Below, piece after piece: positions 58,843-64,000 of a stretch of DNA of 64,000 bases. Origin of the DNA: a bacterium (GTDB lineage: Bacteria > Patescibacteriota > Minisyncoccia > Phycocordibacterales > UBA9973); the NCBI GenBank assembly GCA_021831595.1, contig JAKBMK010000025.1, positions 63,114 through 127,113 on the forward strand, in the 5' to 3' direction. The first letter of the stretch is position 1; the number at the start of each line of letters is the position of its first letter. A program made the translations under genes and the position numbers. The notes beneath the pieces are model-generated. The model was given only the letters and a program-made list of their open reading frames with translations, made no database searches and had not been told where the DNA came from.

Positions 58843-59406
58843 ATGGAAACAAAATATAAAAGTTCAAAATTTGCTACATATTCTCAATATATTGCTGCAC
58901 CAATAATAGTAGGAACTCTTTTATATTATTTATATCTACTTTTTATAGGAGTAAATCTCACAGAAGAAGAATTATTCTTTTTCCCATTTTGGTTTTGGGC
59001 TTCAATCGTGGTAATTATAAATTCTATTAAATTAAGATATGTAAATATAACAGAAAATAATATTTTAATGAAATCTTTGTTAGAGAAAGAGATTCTTTTG
59101 TATAAAGACATAGAATGGATTAATCAAAACATTTTTGGTTCAAACTGGTATATCATTACTATAAAATATAAGGATATTAAAAAAGGAAAATCAAAAATTA
59201 TCTTTGTTTTTCCTGAAATGTATATAGCAAGAGAAAACCTTTCTTTTTATAAAGAGCTTAATATGACAAAATACATAAGAGAGCAAATACTCAAAGTAAA
59301 TACATCTTATCGGGTAGAGGACGAGCCTTCTCGCTGGTATTTAACTAAGTGGATATTTTTATCTTTTTTGCCATTTATTATTATTTCATTTCTGTTAATT
59401 GTTTAA
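58843..59406 (+). CDS. membrane protein with bacterial PH-like (YdbS/DUF304-like) region
   Basis: Two N-terminal TM, a soluble beta-rich segment, C-terminal TM. Confidence 0.35.
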   Translation: METKYKSSKFATYSQYIAAPIIVGTLLYYLYLLFIGVNLTEEELFFFPFWFWASIVVIINSIKLRYVNITENNILMKSLLEKEILLYKDIEWINQNIFGSNWYIITIKYKDIKKGKSKIIFVFPEMYIARENLSFYKELNMTKYIREQILKVNTSYRVEDEPSRWYLTKWIFLSFLPFIIISFLLIV

Positions 59407-59453
59407 ACGAAAAACTGCACAAGCAAGACCTGTGCAGTTTTTAATTTGGGTAG

Positions 59454-60971
59454 CTATTTCAATATTTTTATATCTGCTCCAATTTTGTTTAGACGTTCGG
59501 CGATTTCTTCATATCCGCGATTGATCATGTAGACATTGCGAAGGATAGAAGTACCATTTGCTCCGAGCATGCCAATAAGAATTATCATGGCCGGACGGAG
59601 AGCTGGAGGGCAGACAACTTGAGCTGGCTTTAATGTTGTGCCGCCCTGGATATAAACTCTGTGTGGGTCGGCGAGGGTGATGCTTGCTCCTAAACGATTA
59701 AGCTCGGTAAAATATATTGCACGATTCTCATATACCCAGTCATGGATCATTGTCTGACCTTTAGCTTTTATGGCGATAGGTACGAAGAACGGAAGATTAT
59801 CCATATTTATACCAGGATATGGGAGAGCATGAATTTTATCTTCTAATGCTGTGAGTTTTGATGGGAGGATTTTGATATCCACTAGGTTTGTCCTACCATT
59901 ATATGATTTGTAGATTTTAGATAATTTATATTTAAGTCCCATTCTCTTCAATTTTTCAAGTTCTAGTGAAAGGAAGTCGATAGGCGAGCGGGTAATAGTG
60001 AGCTCTGAGTCTGTAGTTATAGCAGCCGATATGAACATCATAGATTCGATAGGGTCCTCACTATTCGTATACTCAACATCTATATTGATATCTTTCACTC
60101 CATGGATGATAAGTGTACTTGTGCCTATACCATCAATTTTCACACCAAGCTTTTCAAGGAAAAAGCAGATTTCTTGCACCATGTAGTTGGCACTTGCAAA
60201 TCTGATAGTTGTTGTGTCGTTTATTCTTGCTACTGCAGTGAGTATATTTTCGCAGGCTGTATCTCCAGCTTCGTACATGACAATGTCAGCTCCCTTTAAT
60301 TTTTTACTTTCTATTTGATAGGCACTATTTGTTGTTTTGATCTTTACCCCTAAATCCTCTAGTGCATAAGTATGAGCAGAAATAGTACGCTTACCAAGCT
60401 TACACCCAGAAGCATGAGGGATCGAAAATGAAGGCAAGAGATGAATAAGTGGGCCAATAAGCATTATGACTGAGCGGGTCTTGATTGCAGATTCGACATT
60501 TATCTTATCCATTTTAAACTCTTTAGGTGGAGTTATTATCAAAGAGTTTTTATCAATCCACTTCACAGAAACGCCGATACTTTCTATTATTTCTATGACT
60601 CTGTTTACTTCTTCGATACGAGCGATACCATGGAGAGTTGTCTTGCCACGATTGAGCAGGGAAGCGCATAGGAGTCCTACTGCTCCATTTTTAGAGAAGT
60701 TGGTGGCTATACTTCCATGCAATTTCTTGCCACCATTTATCTGGAAATCGATGGAATTATTTATTGATACTATCTGGTGTTCGAGCACTTCACTTATCTT
60801 GCTTAATATCTCAGTACTGAAATTCTGTTCACCTTTCTCCATTCTTGCGACAGCTGATTGCGACGTCTCAAGTGCCTTAGCGAAAGAGTCTTGGGTCATT
60901 CCTCTGCGTTCACGAAGTTCCTTTATAAAAATACCTATTTTTTGTTGATCTGTTTGTTTCATACTAGTCAT
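59454..60971 (-). CDS. murA: XRE-family HTH domain fused to UDP-N-acetylglucosamine 1-carboxyvinyltransferase (MurA)
   Basis: Residues 1-70: LRERRGMTQDSFAKALETSQSAVARMEKGEQN (HTH_XRE). Remainder aligns along full-length MurA (INGGKKLHGSIATNFSKNGAVGLL..., Cys loop HASGCKLGKRTISAH, C-terminal NRGYEEIAERLNKIGADI). Confidence 0.85.
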   Translation of the reverse strand: MTSMKQTDQQKIGIFIKELRERRGMTQDSFAKALETSQSAVARMEKGEQNFSTEILSKISEVLEHQIVSINNSIDFQINGGKKLHGSIATNFSKNGAVGLLCASLLNRGKTTLHGIARIEEVNRVIEIIESIGVSVKWIDKNSLIITPPKEFKMDKINVESAIKTRSVIMLIGPLIHLLPSFSIPHASGCKLGKRTISAHTYALEDLGVKIKTTNSAYQIESKKLKGADIVMYEAGDTACENILTAVARINDTTTIRFASANYMVQEICFFLEKLGVKIDGIGTSTLIIHGVKDINIDVEYTNSEDPIESMMFISAAITTDSELTITRSPIDFLSLELEKLKRMGLKYKLSKIYKSYNGRTNLVDIKILPSKLTALEDKIHALPYPGINMDNLPFFVPIAIKAKGQTMIHDWVYENRAIYFTELNRLGASITLADPHRVYIQGGTTLKPAQVVCPPALRPAMIILIGMLGANGTSILRNVYMINRGYEEIAERLNKIGADIKILK

Positions 60972-60973
60972 TA

Positions 60974-60991
60974 TATATCATATATGATATA
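60974..60991. promoter_or_regulatory. perfect 18-bp palindrome TATATCATATATGATATA in the 33-bp murA/murB divergent spacer; overlaps murB -10 TATAAT (60988-60993)
   Basis: Sequence equals its own reverse complement. It sits 3 bp from the murA start and 14 bp from the murB start. Confidence 0.6.
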
Positions 60992-61004
60992 ATAGCAAAT
61001 AGTT

Positions 61005-62024
61005 ATGGAAATAAAGGAATATATAAATATAAAGCCATTTTCGAGCCTTAAAGTAGGCGGGCAGTTTCGATATTTTTCTGTTATATCTAAAATAGAAGAT
61101 TTAAAAGAAGCTATTAATTTTGCCAAAGAGAAAAATGTAAAAATTTTTGTTCTTGGTGGAGGTTCAAACATTGTCTTTTCAGATGGAATTATAGATGTGC
61201 TAGCTCTCAAAATTGAGATGAAAGGTTTCGCAGTAGTTTTAGAGAGTGATGGCTATACAGATATCAAAGTTGGTGCTGGAGAAATTTGGGATGAAGTTGT
61301 TTCTCGTACGGTAGATATGGGTTTATCAGGGATAGAATCGTTATCCGCAATTCCTGGAACAGTTGGGGCAAGTCCAGTGCAGAATATCGGAGCATATGGG
61401 TCTGAAATTAAAGACACAGTAACAGAAGTAGAAGTCTACGAAATTACAACAGGTAAGATTTTTAATATTGAAAACAAAGATTGTAGATTTGGCTACAGAG
61501 ATAGTGTTTTCAAGAATGAAGCTAGGGGTAGATACATCATAGCGAATGTTATCTATAGATTGACCAAATCAAATCCATCTATACCCAAGTATCCAGATGT
61601 TTTAAAATACTTTGAAGAAAGAGAAATATATGGCCCCACATTGTCTCAAATTAGAGAAGCTATCATTTTTATACGCAGAAACAAACTTCCAAATCCAAAT
61701 GAAATTCCAAACGTTGGTTCATTCTTCAAGAATCCAATAGTTCAGAATGGAGTTGCAGATAATATTAAAAGAGATTTTCCTAATGCAAAATTCTTCGCGC
61801 TAGATGATGGGTTTACCAAGGTTCCAGCTGGTTGGCTCATAGAGAATGCAGGGCTTAAAGGCAAGGTCTTTGGCAACGTCTCTGTTTATGACAAGAATGC
61901 TTTAGTCTTAGTAAACAGTGGAGAAGCAACAAGCGAGGATGTAGTAAATGCTCGTAATGAAATAGTAAAAGTAGTGAAAGAAAAATTTGGCATTACGCTT
62001 GAACAAGAGCCAGAGATTGTATAA
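61005..62024 (+). CDS. murB: UDP-N-acetylenolpyruvoylglucosamine reductase
   Basis: FAD-binding VLGGGSNIVF, C-terminal MurB motifs. Confidence 0.9.
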   Translation: MEIKEYINIKPFSSLKVGGQFRYFSVISKIEDLKEAINFAKEKNVKIFVLGGGSNIVFSDGIIDVLALKIEMKGFAVVLESDGYTDIKVGAGEIWDEVVSRTVDMGLSGIESLSAIPGTVGASPVQNIGAYGSEIKDTVTEVEVYEITTGKIFNIENKDCRFGYRDSVFKNEARGRYIIANVIYRLTKSNPSIPKYPDVLKYFEEREIYGPTLSQIREAIIFIRRNKLPNPNEIPNVGSFFKNPIVQNGVADNIKRDFPNAKFFALDDGFTKVPAGWLIENAGLKGKVFGNVSVYDKNALVLVNSGEATSEDVVNARNEIVKVVKEKFGITLEQEPEIV

Positions 62025-62061
62025 TTGATTTTATGTGAATTTCTAGTATACTTGTTCTATT

Positions 62062-62142
62062 GCCGGGGTGGCGTAATGGTAGCCGCGCTCGACTCAAAAT
62101 CGAGTCTCGCAAGAGGTGGAAGTTCAAGTCTTCTCCCCGGCA
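62062..62142 (+). tRNA. tRNA-Leu (anticodon CAA), long variable arm, no encoded CCA
   Basis: GCCGGGGTGGCGTAATGGTAGCCGCGCTCGACTCAAAATCGAGTCTCGCAAGAGGTGGAAGTTCAAGTCTTCTCCCCGGCA. Confidence 0.9.
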
Positions 62143-62145
62143 CAG

Positions 62146-63276
62146 ATGAATAATTCGCTTTCATATATAGAAATCTCAAAAGAGAATTTGATGCACAATA
62201 TCAAGCAATTTAAGGGTTTGCTTAAGAAGGATACAAAAGTAGCAGCTGTTATCAAGGCCAATGCTTATGGCCACGGCGATAAAGAAGTGGCTAAAATAGC
62301 TAGTCCTTATGTGGATTATTTTCAAGTAGATAGTATAGAAGAAGCAAAGAGGGTACGAAGTGTCAGTAAAAAATCAATACTTATATTTGGATATACAAAT
62401 CAAGATGGCATAAGGCAGGCAATAAAACTCAATGCTATTCTTTCTGGTTTTGATCTTGTGCACTTGCTTCTGATAAATCACGTAGCAGGGTCTTTGAAAA
62501 AGAAAGTGAAGGTTCACCTGGCTATAGATTCTTATTTGGGGAGAGAAGGAGTAATGCCTTCACAAGTAGAGAATATAATTAAAGAAATAAAAAATCTGAA
62601 GAATATTATTCTTGATGGAGTGTATTCACACTTTGCGAACATTGAAGATACGATGAATACGACTCACGCTAACAGGCAGATAGATACATACCATAAATGC
62701 GTCGAAATATTCAGAACAAATGGATACAAGAATATAAATACTCACATATCTGCAACTTCTGGAATTCTTGTGTATGAAAAAGGGGAGAATCTGCACAGCA
62801 TCGTTCGTCTTGGTATTGGGCTCTATGGTATGTGGCCAAGTGAACACCTAGAGTATTTGAATAAAAAGAAAATAAATTTGAAACCAGTTCTAAAGTGGGT
62901 GACTCACATCGCTCAGGTAAAGATTATTCCTGCCAATCATCCTATTGGCTATGGACTTACATATATAACAAAGAAAAACACGAAGATTGCTGTAGTACCG
63001 CAAGGGTACTTTGACGGACTAACTCGTACAATGTCGAATAACGGCGAATTCCTTATAAAGGGAAAGAAAGCTAAAATACTTGGCAGAGTCGCGATGAATA
63101 TGACGGTTGTAGACGTCTCAAATATCAAAGATGTAATACCAGGAGATGAAGTGGTGATAATCGGAGCCCAAGGTAAGATTCAAATAACCGCCGAAGATGT
63201 AGCCAAAAAGATGGATACTATAAACTACGAGGTAACTACCAAGATTAGTGCGCTGCTCCCTAGGATTATTGCTTAA
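62146..63276 (+). CDS. alr: alanine racemase
   Basis: AVIKANAYGHG PLP-lysine motif, C-terminal MNMTVVDVS. Start at ATG 62146, after the tRNA; ORF-track 62116 overlaps the tRNA. Confidence 0.9.
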   Translation: MNNSLSYIEISKENLMHNIKQFKGLLKKDTKVAAVIKANAYGHGDKEVAKIASPYVDYFQVDSIEEAKRVRSVSKKSILIFGYTNQDGIRQAIKLNAILSGFDLVHLLLINHVAGSLKKKVKVHLAIDSYLGREGVMPSQVENIIKEIKNLKNIILDGVYSHFANIEDTMNTTHANRQIDTYHKCVEIFRTNGYKNINTHISATSGILVYEKGENLHSIVRLGIGLYGMWPSEHLEYLNKKKINLKPVLKWVTHIAQVKIIPANHPIGYGLTYITKKNTKIAVVPQGYFDGLTRTMSNNGEFLIKGKKAKILGRVAMNMTVVDVSNIKDVIPGDEVVIIGAQGKIQITAEDVAKKMDTINYEVTTKISALLPRIIA

Positions 63277-63303
63277 ATTATAAAAATATGTTATATATAA
63301 AGC

Positions 63304-63462
63304 ATGTCACAAGATAGACTTTTCAAATTGGGCTGTACTAAATGCAAGCGCATTAACTACTGGTCAAGCAAAAACAAGAAACTCGTCACTAAGAAGATCG
63401 AGCTTAAAAAGTATTGCAAATGGTGCAAAATTAACACTAAACACAAAGAAATGAAAAAATAA
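63304..63462 (+). CDS. rpmG: 50S ribosomal protein L33 (52 aa; below ORF-track size cut-off)
   Basis: MSQDRLFKLGCTKCKRINYWSSKNKKLVTKKIELKKYCKWCKINTKHKEMKK has the C-x2-C...C-x2-C L33 zinc-ribbon pattern. Terminator follows. Confidence 0.8.
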   Translation: MSQDRLFKLGCTKCKRINYWSSKNKKLVTKKIELKKYCKWCKINTKHKEMKK

Positions 63463-63492
63463 AAAATCCCCTCTGGGGATTTTTTATTTTTT
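63463..63492 (+). terminator. terminator aaaaaatcccctctggggatttttt
   Basis: Direct reading. Confidence 0.6.
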
Positions 63493-63514
63493 ATGCTATA
63501 GTGTCTACGTTATT

Positions 63515-63585
63515 GGGCGATTAGTTTAGTGGTAGAACAACGGTCTCCAAAACCGTTGGTGGGGGTTCGATTCCTCCATCGCCCG
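63515..63585 (+). tRNA. tRNA-Trp (anticodon CCA), no encoded 3' CCA
   Basis: GGGCGATTAGTTTAGTGGTAGAACAACGGTCTCCAAAACCGTTGGTGGGGGTTCGATTCCTCCATCGCCCG. Confidence 0.9.
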
Positions 63586-63588
63586 CAT

Positions 63589-64000
63589 TTATTTCAAAAA
63601 GTCTTTTACTTGCTTTAAAGCGAATGCTTTTTCGTGGATTTCGAGAGGGTTAATCCATATGGTGGCTTTATCTCTTTTGAACCATGTCTTCTGGCGTTTA
63701 GCGAAATGCCAAATCTCAGTATTTAATTTTTCTATCATTTCTTCTTTGCTTAATTTATTTTGTAAATGGAGTGAGACGTATCGATACTCGAGTCCGAACG
63801 CTTCAAGCCTCTTCCATGAGACTTTTTCTTTTTCATGTAAGTCCTTTATTTCTTTTATCATCCCTTTCTTTATACGAGCAGATAGGCGAGTCTTAATTCT
63901 CTCTTTTAGAATTTCAGGAGGTAGCTCTAGTCCGATTTTTAAAACTTCTAATTTATTATTACCGGCAACATTTTCTGCAGGTGCAGAAAATGTTGCCGTA
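63589..64000 (-). CDS. miaA: tRNA dimethylallyltransferase, C-terminal part (gene continues beyond window end)
   Basis: WHFAKRQKTWFKRD matches MiaA YAKRQxTWFR. Frame stays open upstream of ORF-track M 63861 to position 64000 (...GLELPPEILKERIKTRLSARIKKGMIKE). Confidence 0.7.
   Translation of the reverse strand, partial: TATFSAPAENVAGNNKLEVLKIGLELPPEILKERIKTRLSARIKKGMIKEIKDLHEKEKVSWKRLEAFGLEYRYVSLHLQNKLSKEEMIEKLNTEIWHFAKRQKTWFKRDKATIWINPLEIHEKAFALKQVKDFLK

Noticed and set aside
60466-60948. 160-aa ORF antisense to murA
   Set aside because: Shadow ORF. murA conservation on the other strand spans the whole interval.
1-64000. Search for CRISPR arrays, IS elements/transposases, integrases, phage structural genes, toxin-antitoxin pairs
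   Set aside because: No spaced direct-repeat arrays, no transposase/integrase/recombinase-like ORFs, no terminal inverted repeats bounding a block. No small adjacent ORF pairs with recognisable TA motifs were seen.
1-64000. Alternative genetic code (UGA recoding as in some CPR lineages)
   Set aside because: Long conserved genes (rpoB, rpoC, uvrA, gyrB) are uninterrupted under the standard code. TGA is seen terminating at least the pheS-pheT small ORF, and TAA/TAG terminate others. No in-frame TGA was needed to complete any conserved gene.

Overview
This 64 kb window is an AT-rich, tightly packed, almost entirely housekeeping stretch of a streamlined bacterial genome. Several proteins are shortened relative to their usual size: PheS lacks its N-terminal region, PheT is about 590 aa, ThrRS lacks its N-terminal domains, the SMC-like protein is hinge-less at 759 aa, and UvrC lacks the C-terminal HhH domain. 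Three of the four tRNAs (tRNA-Ala, tRNA-Leu, tRNA-Trp) have no encoded CCA; tRNA-Thr does. Together these fit a Patescibacteria/CPR-like or similarly reduced organism using the standard genetic code. That placement is inference only. I saw no CRISPR array, transposase, integrase or phage module. Recognisable genes are pheST, gyrB, thrS with a T-box leader, rpmF, nusB, rnc, an smc-like gene, rnr, rpsP-khpA-trmD, rpoB-rpoC, dnaG-rpoD, tsf-rpsB, proS, mreBC, tgt, uvrB-uvrA-uvrC, ddl, gpsA, engB, an Nramp transporter, cutA, murA, murB, alr, rpmG and a miaA fragment. Unusual content: (1) three Nudix genes in about 4 kb, one fused to NusB; (2) an XRE-type HTH fused to the N-terminus of MurA, divergent from murB across a 33-bp spacer holding a perfect 18-bp palindrome; (3) an accessory-looking block at 50.7-57.2 kb with two paralogous soluble FtsK/HerA-superfamily ATPases resembling type IV coupling proteins, one with a Zn-ribbon and His-rich tail, followed by a membrane-anchored LTD-PKD-LTD surface protein; (4) a processive GT2 synthase between a DsbA-like protein and a membrane-anchored thioredoxin-like protein; (5) a sigma70 whose N-terminus is a lysine-rich histone-H1-like tract; (6) an SD-led 28-codon ORF with 14-bp inverted-repeat arms between pheS and pheT; (7) several genes whose -10 hexamer sits 6-11 nt before the ATG, suggesting leaderless mRNAs, alongside genes with strong SD sites; (8) two related palindromic hairpins whose stems differ by compensating substitutions. 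All protein calls are from motif recognition by eye, not database searches.
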